DNA of 64,000 nt. It comes from Candidatus Borrarchaeum weybense. Lineage in GTDB: Archaea > Asgardarchaeota > Sifarchaeia > Borrarchaeales > Borrarchaeaceae. Positions 27,828-37,816 of the stretch are shown here, piece after piece (the first letter of the stretch is position 1; each line of letters opens with the position of its first letter). Made by a program: the position numbers and the translations under genes. The DNA is taken from positions 96,001-160,000 of the forward strand of contig JAHQJS010000008.1 in the NCBI GenBank assembly GCA_019057385.1, in the 5' to 3' direction. The notes beneath the pieces were generated by a model. That model did no database searches. It saw nothing but the letters and a program-made list of their open reading frames with translations, and had not been told where the DNA came from.

Positions 27828-29087
27828 TTATTTTGGGTGCAAGTAGCCCCATTTATCTAATGCTGCTTTTAGTTCTATATTTTTTGCCGCCATCTCATCT
27901 AACGACATATTCTCTAAATGTGCATCTATGGCTTGTCTAACAGCTTTTGCACCAGCTTGTGCGCCCATTGGATGTCCCAAAACTCCGCCCCCTACTTGAA
28001 TAACCAAATTGGATCCGAATCTTTTTAAAATCTCTGGCAGAAGACCTGGATGCAGTCCTCCAGAGGACACGGGGAAAGTTTGTTTTATATGATACCAGTC
28101 ATTTCTGAGAAATTCATTAATTTTCGTAACTTCCCCTTCAGGTCCCTCTAATTTTCCAACAACAGTGCCCGTGTGAATTTGATCAACACCGATTAATCGC
28201 GCAGTTTTTGCCAAAGCAAACATTGAGATACCATGTTGAGGATTTCTTGTAAATGTAGCATGCATTGCTCTATGGGCGTGTATTGCCAGTTTTAAATCTT
28301 CACAAACCTCTCGCAAGGTCTGTAAAGCAGCCCAGCCTGTCGTAACTATGTCAATCATTACATACTCCCAGTTCAAATCAGCAACAAATCGCGCTCTTTT
28401 TTTCATTTCTTCCGTTTCTGCAGTGATATTTATTAGATAGCTTCTTCGTTCACCAATTTCTGCTTCCACTTTCTCTCTCATTTTTTGAGCGTATTCGACT
28501 CTCTTCTCAAATTTGTTGAAGGGTAAGGATGAAAGATTTTCATCATCTTTTAGAAGATCGATACCGCCAGTCCAGATCTCATATGCAACTTGAGCTTGTT
28601 CTTCCGCTGAGAAACCGATCTTTGGTTTAGGGACTGTAGCCAAAATTGGTCTTTCATCGACCTTTAACAACTTCCGAATTCCTTGAATACCATACTGCGG
28701 ACCTTTGAAATTTCTTACATATTCCTCAGGAGGTTCATAATCTATTAATCTGAGATTCTTGACAGCTTTCATTCCGAAAATGTTGCCAGCAATTCCAGAT
28801 AGCAACTGAGGCACATTATTTGGCTCCCATAAGTCGAGAGGATAAGCAATCTTTATTATATTCCCATCCCGCTCGTACATTTTAGCCTTTAGGGATTTTA
28901 TTCTATACGGCAGTTCAGCAAGCGTAGTCCATGTTCCGACACTGCTTTCGGAGGCAACACGCCCGGCCACTTCCTCAAATGACATCCCTTTAGCAGGTTC
29001 TACATAAAAAGTGACAATTAAATCTGTCTTAGATGGTCTATAATCATAATCTACAAATTCAAGGTACCACTCAATTTTTTCAGGCAT
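27828..29087 (-). CDS. rbcL: Form III RuBisCO large subunit
   Basis: ESSVGTWT, KPKIG, DLLKDDEN, HAHRAMH, VGKLEG, SGGLHPG, GGGVLGHP; ATG 29087 preferred over ORF-track 29108. Confidence 0.96.
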   Translation of the reverse strand: MPEKIEWYLEFVDYDYRPSKTDLIVTFYVEPAKGMSFEEVAGRVASESSVGTWTTLAELPYRIKSLKAKMYERDGNIIKIAYPLDLWEPNNVPQLLSGIAGNIFGMKAVKNLRLIDYEPPEEYVRNFKGPQYGIQGIRKLLKVDERPILATVPKPKIGFSAEEQAQVAYEIWTGGIDLLKDDENLSSLPFNKFEKRVEYAQKMREKVEAEIGERRSYLINITAETEEMKKRARFVADLNWEYVMIDIVTTGWAALQTLREVCEDLKLAIHAHRAMHATFTRNPQHGISMFALAKTARLIGVDQIHTGTVVGKLEGPEGEVTKINEFLRNDWYHIKQTFPVSSGGLHPGLLPEILKRFGSNLVIQVGGGVLGHPMGAQAGAKAVRQAIDAHLENMSLDEMAAKNIELKAALDKWGYLHPK

Positions 29088-29174
29088 TTTTCTCACCTTC
29101 AAATGCAAGAACTATTTCATCTTTGACAAAGTAGTAATATATTATTTATGAAGAATACACATTGAGGGAATACT

Positions 29175-30104
29175 ATGGAAGATTTGATACAAGTCGCCAA
29201 GAAAATCAAAGATTTAGAGATTCAAGGCGCAAGAAATGTAGCTAAAACTGCTATCCGTTCAATGAAGGATGTAATTCTTAATTCTTCAGCTACAGAGCCT
29301 GATTTATTACTCAAAGAACTTTTACAAGCAAAAGATATTCTGTTTGACACAAGACCAACTGAACCTGCGATGAGGAACAGTATTCGATATGTATTATATG
29401 AAACAAAGGAGGCAAAAGGTGGTATAGGTGCTACAAAAGAGATTGCAGTAAAAACATGTGATAAAATCCTCAAATATTTTGAGGATGCTATCTTAAAAAT
29501 CCATGAGATAGGGGCTCGTAAAATCCTAAGTGGTATGCAAATAATGACTCATTGTCACTCCTCAACAGTAACTGGCATATTAAAGAAAGCAAATGAACAA
29601 GGAAAAGATATACATGTAATCTGTACAGAGACACGACCACGTCTTCAAGGACATCGTACAGCAAAAGAACTGGTGGAGGCAGGTATAAAGGTAACATTTG
29701 TAGTTGATTCGGCAATGAGATACATGATGAAACATCTTGAGGTAGATTTAGCACTTATTGGTGCTGACGCAATCACTTCAGAAGGAACAATAATAAACAA
29801 GATTGGGACACGATTATTTGCGTTAGCTGCGGACGAAAGAGACGTGCCAATGTATTGCGCTGCAGATACATACAAATTTAGCCCAGAAACATCCTTAGGT
29901 TTCCTAGAAAAGATCGAGAAACGAAATCCTGATGAAATTTGGAAAGATGCGCCTGCTGGTTTATATATAGAAAATCCAGCGTTCGAGACGGTACCTCGAA
30001 GATATATTGATGGACTCATTACTGAAGTCGGTGTGTTTCCTCCCTCTTCTATAGCCCATCAACTACTTCAGCTTCACCCTTGGATGTTTGATTTTAAAGA
30101 TTGA
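29175..30104 (+). CDS. Ribose-1,5-bisphosphate isomerase (eIF-2B alpha family)
   Basis: IQGA, TRPTEP, THCHS, ETRP, GADAI, NKIGT, NPAFE; divergent from RuBisCO (nucleoside salvage pathway). Confidence 0.92.
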   Translation: MEDLIQVAKKIKDLEIQGARNVAKTAIRSMKDVILNSSATEPDLLLKELLQAKDILFDTRPTEPAMRNSIRYVLYETKEAKGGIGATKEIAVKTCDKILKYFEDAILKIHEIGARKILSGMQIMTHCHSSTVTGILKKANEQGKDIHVICTETRPRLQGHRTAKELVEAGIKVTFVVDSAMRYMMKHLEVDLALIGADAITSEGTIINKIGTRLFALAADERDVPMYCAADTYKFSPETSLGFLEKIEKRNPDEIWKDAPAGLYIENPAFETVPRRYIDGLITEVGVFPPSSIAHQLLQLHPWMFDFKD

Positions 30105-30124
30105 AGAAAGAAAATCTATCACTA

Positions 30125-30349
30125 TCATAGCGTTACAACCGCTATCGGCTCAACTTTGTCAAACGCAACCTGACGACGCACAACGCCATAGGTATCGATA
30201 TGAACGATTACCACATGGTCATCGTGATCAATAGTCTTGACTACTAATCCCCCACCGTAGATTATAGCCTCCTCTACTTCTTCCTTGGAGAAGGGTATCC
30301 GATCTTTCCTCCCACATTCGTGACATAAATTAATTGCCGCTTTATACAT
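30125..30349 (-). CDS. Small putative Zn-binding protein
   Basis: CHEC...HDDH pattern, SD-like GTGAGGGG upstream. Confidence 0.6.
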   Translation of the reverse strand: MYKAAINLCHECGRKDRIPFSKEEVEEAIIYGGGLVVKTIDHDDHVVIVHIDTYGVVRRQVAFDKVEPIAVVTL

Positions 30350-30613
30350 GGCCCCTCACTAAACCAATTCCATAATGTCTTTTAAATACCGATATCATTC
30401 TGGTATTTTGTCGGGATATTTTTTAGTTAACGCGCCCCTAATCCAATCTCTCCAATATTCAACTTTATCATTTTTTTCAAAAAATTGCTATTTCACTTAG
30501 GATTTTCGAAGAGGATGCTACAGGTAGGAGTTCAACTCCTCTTCTATTTAACAAAAGAAGAAGTTTCTATTGATTCAATATTTCATTAAAAAAATAAAAA
30601 AATGTGAGGGGGT

Positions 30614-31714
30614 TTATTCGTAGTCTTCAAGTCGACCTTCCAATTGTTTCAGAACTGATGGCAAGGTGGTGTATTCCATCTCCTCTAGTGGAAGTCTTTC
30701 CGGTTCAAATGGGCCATGACGTCTCATATAATCAGTGATCTCCATACATTTTTGTCTAGTGTAGTCGAAGGCAACGTCGTCAAATAGATCCACTGGTCCA
30801 ATAAGTTTACCATTTTTGATCTGAAAACCTAATCCGACCACTCGTGGCGGACCATCAAATCTTGTGCATCGACTGTCCTTTAGCGCCACTGGCAACATCG
30901 GGCCCCTATGCGACCCACGCATCCATCCCGCTACGAGATGACCAAGTGAAAAAGCTTCGATTACTTCTCCAACAGCAGGAAATCCGCTCTGAGATCTGAC
31001 TATTGCACATGGGTCATCTTTTCCGATGTATTTACCTGCTATGAGTGCCAATTTTTCGGTTGAAATAGCTGCAGCAATGCCCAAATCGGGATTCTTGGAA
31101 TACACATATTTTATAGGAAATCTGCTTACCGCGCCGATCAATGCTAGCAAATCGTACATTTCTTCAGGGCAACTCATCGTAACAGCCTTATGCGCAATAA
31201 CATCTACAACATAGAATTTGAACCCTGGATGTAGTTTGGGATCAATAACAAGTCCAGCAGTGCAAAATGGATCTGCAAACATGCGATAGATTGGGTAATT
31301 AAATGCACCTGGTTCAGTTTTGTCAGCAGCGAATACAAGGATAGGCTCAGCAGGTCTTTCATCAATTTCCATTTCAGCGACTCCAGGACCTTGACCTTTA
31401 ATATTTCCAGAAAAGGCATCTGCCAGAAGATCTTGTCCAGCACCATAAAGCCCTAAAGCCTTAGCGTTTTCAGCTAGTTTTATAAATATATCCCACGCGA
31501 GTTCATGGATTTCGGGGGAATCTACGCCTTTAGTGTGTGTCATTAAGAGTTCAGTATCGTCCCCGGCATTATACACGCGGAAATCAATTATCAAGCCTTG
31601 GTCTTGTGCCTTAGCTAGTTCTTGTTCAGCCATCTGCATATTTCCTTCGTATGTCACAACATGACCTGGAGCGGATCCGATATCTGCTTTGATGTTTGAA
31701 ATCGTAACTTTCAA
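30614..31714 (-). CDS. fbp: Fructose-1,6-bisphosphate aldolase/phosphatase (class V)
   Basis: IKADIG..GH, LYGAGQDLL, ADKTEPGAFN, YIGKDDP, GWMRGSH, RRHGPFEP. Confidence 0.97.
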   Translation of the reverse strand: MKVTISNIKADIGSAPGHVVTYEGNMQMAEQELAKAQDQGLIIDFRVYNAGDDTELLMTHTKGVDSPEIHELAWDIFIKLAENAKALGLYGAGQDLLADAFSGNIKGQGPGVAEMEIDERPAEPILVFAADKTEPGAFNYPIYRMFADPFCTAGLVIDPKLHPGFKFYVVDVIAHKAVTMSCPEEMYDLLALIGAVSRFPIKYVYSKNPDLGIAAAISTEKLALIAGKYIGKDDPCAIVRSQSGFPAVGEVIEAFSLGHLVAGWMRGSHRGPMLPVALKDSRCTRFDGPPRVVGLGFQIKNGKLIGPVDLFDDVAFDYTRQKCMEITDYMRRHGPFEPERLPLEEMEYTTLPSVLKQLEGRLEDYE

Positions 31715-31846
31715 ATTGAAACCTCCTTTTTTAAGAAACCTAGAACTTGGTTTTTATTTTCTATTATAAATTATTTTTTGTTCATAAAATATCATCTATT
31801 AGTATATAATTAGATGTTTGAAAGAAGGGATGATTAGATTATGTAC

Positions 31847-33509
31847 CATATCGATTTTATCGTGTTTGAACTTGATGCCTTGCGAGATAAGGTGCAATAT
31901 AGTCATTAAAATTGTGGAGTTTATTAATGAAATGTAATATATAGTAGAAGAAGTCGATCACGATGATTCAGACCGTCAAATTCAGAATGTACCCAGATGA
32001 GACACAAGAACGCAAACTCCATGAGATTTTTACAATTTTTAACCGCGTGAAACGCATTGGCTATAACCTGCTGTTTCAAGGTGAGGAATACATGGCAGAA
32101 CGCTTCTGTGAATACAATACTATACAGCAGCGTTTGATGGGTCTGTGTCATAATAATCCTTATGTCAACACCATCCTGATTGATAACAATGTAAAACTGG
32201 AGCAACAAAAGACCTGGCTGAAAAAAAGACAAAAACGCATGATACAGCAGTTAAAAGTCATAAACAAGAAAATCAATGAAATAAAGGAACAGGATACACA
32301 TGACAGACGATTAAAAGGATTATACGCCCGCAGATCCTCAATAATGGCTAAGCAAAAAAATTTACAACTCGAAACCGTAGTATTCGGCACTAAGAAACTA
32401 TTTAGGCAGAGACTGCGCGGCAATATAAGTAGGGAAGAGTTCAGGATACGACGGGATTCTTCTTTCAATTGTGTAGGAGTGAAAGCTAAAGGTACAAAAA
32501 ATTGGAATATCAAAATACAACCAGATAAAACAGTAAAGATACGCACCGTTTCCAAGAAAAAGGGACGCAAATGGCTCGTCATTCCCATTTCTGTAAACTT
32601 TGTGCAGGAAAAGTGGTTTCAGCGAGTTCTTAATTCCAACAAATATACTGTAACCGTGAAAAGGAAATTCTTTAAGGGAAAATTACGCTACTTTGTCCAT
32701 GTGTCCTACGAGACCCCAGAACCTGCACCACGCTACGGTTACGAACATGGTGCAATCGGATTAGATTTTAACTATAATTTTGCGGCGCTAACCAATGTGG
32801 ATACACATGGTAAGTTACTCTCCTATCACACCATCTCGTTTGGCAACCTTCATACCTATAGAAAAGATAAACGTAATGATTACGTCTCTTACAAAATGGA
32901 TAAAGTCGTCAATTATTGCATCAATAAAGGCAAAGGCATTGTGGTTGAGGACTTAAAATTCGATCAAGAATTTTCCTATAATACTACACGCAATCGAAAA
33001 TTAACCAATATGAAGACCACCGCCTTAAAACTGCTGGAACGAAAGTGTAAAAAACGCGGTGTGTCCCTTCGAAGAGTATTTCCGGGATACACCTCTATCA
33101 TCGGGAAATACAAGTACTCAAGATTACATAATTTGACAGTCCATCACCTTGCAAGTTATGTAATAGCTCGAAGAGGCATGAGTTTCAAGGAAGCATTTCC
33201 AGACATCTATGATTGGGTGCTCTCACACGTCGGGGAGTTCATAGAACCCCGTGTGAAAAAGAGTAGTCCTTACCATAGATGGTCGATGACCCATGACCTC
33301 TTCAAGCACAGCGGGATAACCTCCTTCAAGACTGCGGAAATATTGCGAAAAACAGTATTGATGAAGCATATCTTAAACTCGTTGACGAGCACACAACCTG
33401 ATAACCTTAGGGCTGGTCTTTCCTCTCACGGAAAGATTGATGATTATCATAAAACGTGGAGTTTCATAAATAATTCCACAGTTTTATAAATAATGTAAGG
33501 TTAATCTTT
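31847..33509 (+). mobile_element. IS1341-like element, copy 2
   Basis: End-to-end homology with 19909-21574, including about 115 bp of upstream non-coding DNA and about 20 bp downstream. Confidence 0.75.
31963..33489 (+). CDS. tnpB: IS200/IS605 TnpB-related protein, 508 aa (paralog of 19929-21455)
   Basis: Same motifs: GLDFN, VVEDL, PGYTS, HHLASYVIARR. Confidence 0.85.
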   Translation: MIQTVKFRMYPDETQERKLHEIFTIFNRVKRIGYNLLFQGEEYMAERFCEYNTIQQRLMGLCHNNPYVNTILIDNNVKLEQQKTWLKKRQKRMIQQLKVINKKINEIKEQDTHDRRLKGLYARRSSIMAKQKNLQLETVVFGTKKLFRQRLRGNISREEFRIRRDSSFNCVGVKAKGTKNWNIKIQPDKTVKIRTVSKKKGRKWLVIPISVNFVQEKWFQRVLNSNKYTVTVKRKFFKGKLRYFVHVSYETPEPAPRYGYEHGAIGLDFNYNFAALTNVDTHGKLLSYHTISFGNLHTYRKDKRNDYVSYKMDKVVNYCINKGKGIVVEDLKFDQEFSYNTTRNRKLTNMKTTALKLLERKCKKRGVSLRRVFPGYTSIIGKYKYSRLHNLTVHHLASYVIARRGMSFKEAFPDIYDWVLSHVGEFIEPRVKKSSPYHRWSMTHDLFKHSGITSFKTAEILRKTVLMKHILNSLTSTQPDNLRAGLSSHGKIDDYHKTWSFINNSTVL

Positions 33510-33684
33510 TTGGCTGATGGTTTTAGAATTAAAATGAGAGGAGTTAATTGCGTGTTCATTCAAGTATCATGCCAATAAAAATCTGGCTGACTGGAGAAAT
33601 GATAGAAATTATGAATTGTATACTAAAAGATTAATAGTAAGTGATAGTAACGACTCACGATTAACATTTGGAGGAATATAGTTA

Positions 33685-34437
33685 ATGAGAAAGATGATTG
33701 CAGCAGGAAACTGGAAAATGAACAAAACCAATTCAGAAGCAGTAGAAATAGTTTCCAAATTAAACGAACTAATTGCTGATGTTAAAGGGGTTGAAGTTAT
33801 AATTGCACCACCATTTACCGCCTTATCAGACGTAGTAAAAGTTGCAGGGAAAGTTAAAATTGCAGCTCAAAACATGCACTGGGAAGAAAAGGGGGCATTT
33901 ACAGGTGAAATCTCACCCATCATGCTAAAAAACCTTGGAGTAGAGTATGTAATTTTAGGACACAGCGAAAGAAGAGCATACTTTGGAGAAACAAATGAAC
34001 TAATAAACAAAAAGATTAAATCAGCTTTGGCACATGACTTGAAAGCCATCTTTTGCGTAGGAGAAAAATTGGAAGATAGGGAACGTGGAAATACAGAAAA
34101 TGTTGTAGAAGATCATATAAAAGGTGGCTTAGAAGGAATTACAAAAGAAGAGATGATGGCAAACGTTATAATTGGCTACGAGCCGGTTTGGGCCATCGGC
34201 ACAGGAAAAACTGCCACGCCAGAACAGGCTGAGGAAGTCCATGCATTCGTAAGAAAACTATTAACAGAAATGTATGATGCAGAAGTAGCAGGGAATACAA
34301 CAATACTCTATGGAGGCAGTGTGAAACCAGCAAACTCAAAAGCCCTATTCTCAAAAGAGAACATAGACGGCGGTCTTGTTGGTGGGGCAAGCCTAAAAGC
34401 AGATGACTTCTCAATAATAGTAAGAAATGCGCTTTAA
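33685..34437 (+). CDS. tpiA: Triosephosphate isomerase, bacterial/eukaryotic type
   Basis: AGNWKMN, GAFTGEIS, GHSERR, YEPVWAIGTG, YGGSV, VGGASL; 250 aa. Confidence 0.97.
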   Translation: MRKMIAAGNWKMNKTNSEAVEIVSKLNELIADVKGVEVIIAPPFTALSDVVKVAGKVKIAAQNMHWEEKGAFTGEISPIMLKNLGVEYVILGHSERRAYFGETNELINKKIKSALAHDLKAIFCVGEKLEDRERGNTENVVEDHIKGGLEGITKEEMMANVIIGYEPVWAIGTGKTATPEQAEEVHAFVRKLLTEMYDAEVAGNTTILYGGSVKPANSKALFSKENIDGGLVGGASLKADDFSIIVRNAL

Positions 34438-34638
34438 AAGTGTTTTATGCAAAAACGTGCCTGATCAGTGTAAGATTGCTTGTCTGCATCTCATTTCTAT
34501 TTTTGTTTGATTTTAGAGAAGGACTCCAGGCACTAGCGTGGAGCTGAAGAAATCGCGTTGTCTTTAAATAAATACGTATAGATAGATATCGAATTTCAAT
34601 CGTTAAACTAATGAATCTATAATTGGGCTGACTGAGCA

Positions 34639-35361
34639 ATGGTGGCAACATTAGAATTACAGGAAAAACAGGTAGAAGCCAGTACTAAAGAAGAAGACCT
34701 CACTAAACCTAAAATGTTCTTTTTAGTTAGGTTAGAAAAATGCAATAAATGTCACTCCATAGAAGAAACGGGGATAAACGTCTCTCTTAACTGTGAAAAA
34801 TGTATCCAAGAGGCATTAAAAAGTTCGGGGTTCAACACAACAATAAAACATCTTGATATCAGCAAATATAAGATAATTCGTAGAGAAACCACTGGTAAAA
34901 ATAGAAATGAAGAATTGCGGAATGAACGCAAAGAGAAAAGAAAGACCTGTTCTGATAGAATAAATATGTATGAAGCATGGATAATAGATCAAATAAGCTC
35001 TGGGAATCACAAAATTATAGATGCCGCACAACATGGCTCTTTATTCTCTCAAAAGATTAAAACTGCTTATTTGGATGTAGCATTTAAAAATTTGGAAGAA
35101 AAAGGAGTAATAACAAGAGATATGGTCACAGGAAACTATCGCTTAGTTAGTGAAAAGAATAAAGCTGAAGAAAATGAGACACATTGGAATTATTACGTTT
35201 CTTATGCTGGAACAATAGATGTAAATTCAACAGAATACCCCCCTAAAAAATTTAAAACGCTAGAGGATGCTTTAGCATTTGTGAAGGCACAAAATTTATC
35301 GAATTATTATGTTCAAAGAAGAGAGACCTTGGAAGAAGAGAATAATACTGTCAAGGATTAA
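34639..35361 (+). CDS. Hypothetical protein (CxxC..CxxC, possible winged helix)
   Basis: 240-aa ORF with CNKC/CEKC; no family recognised. Confidence 0.5.
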   Translation: MVATLELQEKQVEASTKEEDLTKPKMFFLVRLEKCNKCHSIEETGINVSLNCEKCIQEALKSSGFNTTIKHLDISKYKIIRRETTGKNRNEELRNERKEKRKTCSDRINMYEAWIIDQISSGNHKIIDAAQHGSLFSQKIKTAYLDVAFKNLEEKGVITRDMVTGNYRLVSEKNKAEENETHWNYYVSYAGTIDVNSTEYPPKKFKTLEDALAFVKAQNLSNYYVQRRETLEEENNTVKD

Positions 35362-35366
35362 TCTGT

Positions 35367-36056
35367 TTATTTTAAGATTTTGAAATGTTTTAACAAGTCT
35401 ATAGTTTTGCGTGTCATCAATTTATCATGCTTTTCAAACAATGCAAGCAATTCTACTTCTGAGAGCACGCGTCCCCTCTCGATCACTTCTTCAATCCATT
35501 CTTTTAACAAGTTAGGATGATGATGTGTATTAAAAACTTCAACAATTTGGTCTTTGATGCGAAGCCATCCTTTTGGAGTTACAAGTAATAACGGATCTAA
35601 AGGAAATTCTTCAGGATTTTCAACAAAATTCGCAAGTTGAGGTAAATCTTCAATTTTTGTTAATTGCCGAACTCTGTCAGCGGGTATGCAAAAGGGATTG
35701 AAAGCCCTAAATTCTTCGAATCTTCTTTCCCAGTCGACGCAAAGCTCTAAAACTTTGCCTCGTAACAAAAAAATTGGTTGCGGCGGGATTTTGAACTTAA
35801 AAACGGCACGAGGAGGACGTGTATCTTCACTCGAATAAACTTCACTTAAAATATCCTCTAAATTGCTTGTATGTCTCACAAAAGAATCAAGAGATGAGAG
35901 ACGACCTTCAGGAGAGACATAATCTTCAACACGAATTTCATATTTCTTAAAAACTACACTAATCTCGTGAAAAGAACTTGGCTTTTCTTCTAATCTTCCA
36001 AAACGAAATTCTTCAAGCGAAGCCATTGTCTTATGACTCCTTCCTAACATATCCAA
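35367..36056 (-). CDS. Hypothetical protein
   Basis: 229-aa ORF; no family recognised. Confidence 0.5.
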   Translation of the reverse strand: MDMLGRSHKTMASLEEFRFGRLEEKPSSFHEISVVFKKYEIRVEDYVSPEGRLSSLDSFVRHTSNLEDILSEVYSSEDTRPPRAVFKFKIPPQPIFLLRGKVLELCVDWERRFEEFRAFNPFCIPADRVRQLTKIEDLPQLANFVENPEEFPLDPLLLVTPKGWLRIKDQIVEVFNTHHHPNLLKEWIEEVIERGRVLSEVELLALFEKHDKLMTRKTIDLLKHFKILK

Positions 36057-36206
36057 TGATTAACAATAGTATAATATGCAAGCATATTATAATTGCTTTT
36101 TATCATTTTAATTTGTATCTTTAAAAAAAAGGTCGGTAGACTTTGTAATCGAAAAAATAAATCAATTTATCTTCCATTCTCACGTCATTACGGAGGACGG
36201 CAGACA

Positions 36207-36869
36207 GTGAGTAAAGATATGCTAGAAAATTATCCAAAAGCAATTATTTTTGATCTTGATGGTACTTTGATTGATAGTATTCCAGCTCATTTACATGCTT
36301 ATAAGGAATTGGCTATGAGTGAATTTGGAATACAGCTTAATGACGAAAAGATTTTTGAGCATTTTGGAAAAAAATCAAGAGATATTATTACGGCCCTATT
36401 TCCTCTTTGTGGGGAAAATATTGATATTTTAGTTGAAACAAAGCAACGTCTTTATAGACAATCTTTTAATCGTGTGAAATTACTTCCGGGAACCAAAAAG
36501 GTATTACGTATTGCAAAAGAAAAGGCTATAAAATGTGCTCTTGGAACAAGTTCAAGTAAAAAGAATGTAGAGGTTGCAATCAAAGAATTTGGTCTTGAGT
36601 TTGACATTATTATTGCAGGTGAGGACATAGAAGTTGGAAAACCGAACCCTGAAACCTTCTTAACAATAGCTCAAAGATTAGAGATCTCACCAGATGATTG
36701 TTTTGTAATTGGCGATGCTATTTATGATATGATGGCCGCTAAAAAGGCAGGAATGCTTGCTATAGGCGTCTTAACAGGAAGCACGACCAGAAGACAAATG
36801 GAAGAAGCAAATGCAGACGTTATATTTGAAAATCTTTTGGAATTCATGGAATGGGCTCAACTAACCTAA
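36207..36869 (+). CDS. HAD-superfamily phosphatase (beta-PGM/Gph-like)
   Basis: FDLDGTLIDS, TSS, KPNP, IGDAIYD; GTG 36207 follows GGAGG (ORF-track start 36093). Confidence 0.9.
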   Translation: MSKDMLENYPKAIIFDLDGTLIDSIPAHLHAYKELAMSEFGIQLNDEKIFEHFGKKSRDIITALFPLCGENIDILVETKQRLYRQSFNRVKLLPGTKKVLRIAKEKAIKCALGTSSSKKNVEVAIKEFGLEFDIIIAGEDIEVGKPNPETFLTIAQRLEISPDDCFVIGDAIYDMMAAKKAGMLAIGVLTGSTTRRQMEEANADVIFENLLEFMEWAQLT

Positions 36870-36893
36870 CCCGAATCTTTTTTTTAACTTTAT

Positions 36894-37329
36894 CAGCGGG
36901 AAGTCCACTTCCGGAAGGTGGGGGATGAAAGTCGATGGCTTTTTATAGTTTTTTTGAACTTATATACCTGGTACGGCGAGTGTACCCGTAATGCCCGACT
37001 GGGTGGAGGTATATCCTCCTGTAAGTGACCAGTCAGCAAGTGACAGGGCTAAACGTGAGGATGCCCGTGCATGAGGTCTTATCCAGCGTCAAGAAAGTCT
37101 CCTTAGTGTGTGCAGTTTGCTAACCTGCCAAGCAGGCAGGTAACAGATCAATAACATCCTGCAGGCAGATAATCAAGGGGCAGGATAAGGGTGAGCAGCG
37201 TGTGCAACCTGGTAAGCTTCCGTAAGCCCATAACTGTAGGAAAAGTGGCGAAGCGTCGCCTCCCGTGAGGGAGCGAGAACTACAATGGAAAGCTGGAAGC
37301 CCCATCCGAAAGGCTGGGGAGGATGTCAC
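36894..37329 (+). mobile_element. Non-autonomous IS200/IS605 element with no ORF
   Basis: TTTAT then left-end hairpin ...GGGGGATGAA; right end GAAGCCCC-hairpin-GGGGAGGATGTCAC; GC-rich against AT-rich flanks. Confidence 0.8.
36970..37329 (+). ncRNA. Predicted ~360-nt structured omega-like RNA
   Basis: TATA-like TTTTATA about 25 nt upstream; many hairpins (GGTAC/GTACC, GACTGG/CCAGTC, GGAGG/CCTCC, ACCTGCC/GGCAGGT, GGCGA/TCGCC, CTCCC-GTGA-GGGAG). Confidence 0.65.
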
Positions 37330-37342
37330 CAAAATACTATCC

Positions 37343-37756
37343 TTATGGCAGTTTTGGAATCATCATATATAAAAGGCCGAAATATGCTGCAATCACTGCA
37401 ATGACTCCAATAAGAAGAAGTGTCCGTGCGTAAGTTGGTTCGTAAAAATACCTTGTGCTATAGAATATGACTACAAAACCTATGAAACCCACAAACATTA
37501 ACATGCCCGCAACGATACCTTCGATGATAAATTGAGAATCAAGACTTTCATAGATTAAAACAGGGATACCATATTGTGAACCTAGTGGAAGCGGCTCTTT
37601 GACAATATCGAAAAGAAGTCCCACATAGATCGTAAAAATGAATATTATCGTTATTTGAAGGAGCAAACCTGTTGGAATCTCGGATGGAAGCTGAAGTTTA
37701 GGTTTTCTGAGAATAATTTTTGGTTTTCTGATTCCTGGAATCCATCTTAGCCGCAT
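37343..37756 (-). CDS. OSTC/DC2-like oligosaccharyltransferase subunit (OST3/OST6-related)
   Basis: FDIVKEPLPLGS...QFIIEGIVAGMLMFVGFIGF resembles DC2 YDVIVEPPSVGS...[20 protein letters not shown]; 3 TM; ATG 37756 (the ORF-track extension lies in the neighbouring element). Confidence 0.8.
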   Translation of the reverse strand: MRLRWIPGIRKPKIILRKPKLQLPSEIPTGLLLQITIIFIFTIYVGLLFDIVKEPLPLGSQYGIPVLIYESLDSQFIIEGIVAGMLMFVGFIGFVVIFYSTRYFYEPTYARTLLLIGVIAVIAAYFGLLYMMIPKLP

Positions 37757-37816
37757 GGAATAGCACCTGATCACATATAAAACGTTTCTTGTTTTTAACA
37801 CAAGTTTGTGTTTTAT

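Noticed and set aside
30520-30545. AGGAGTTCAACTCCT resembling a tRNA T-arm
   Set aside because: Only a short hairpin; no acceptor, D or anticodon arm
36970-37329. Group I intron (IStron), RNase P or SRP RNA
   Set aside because: I could not find P7/catalytic-core, RNase P P4 or SRP helix-8 motifs; the element is intergenic with IS200/IS605 ends
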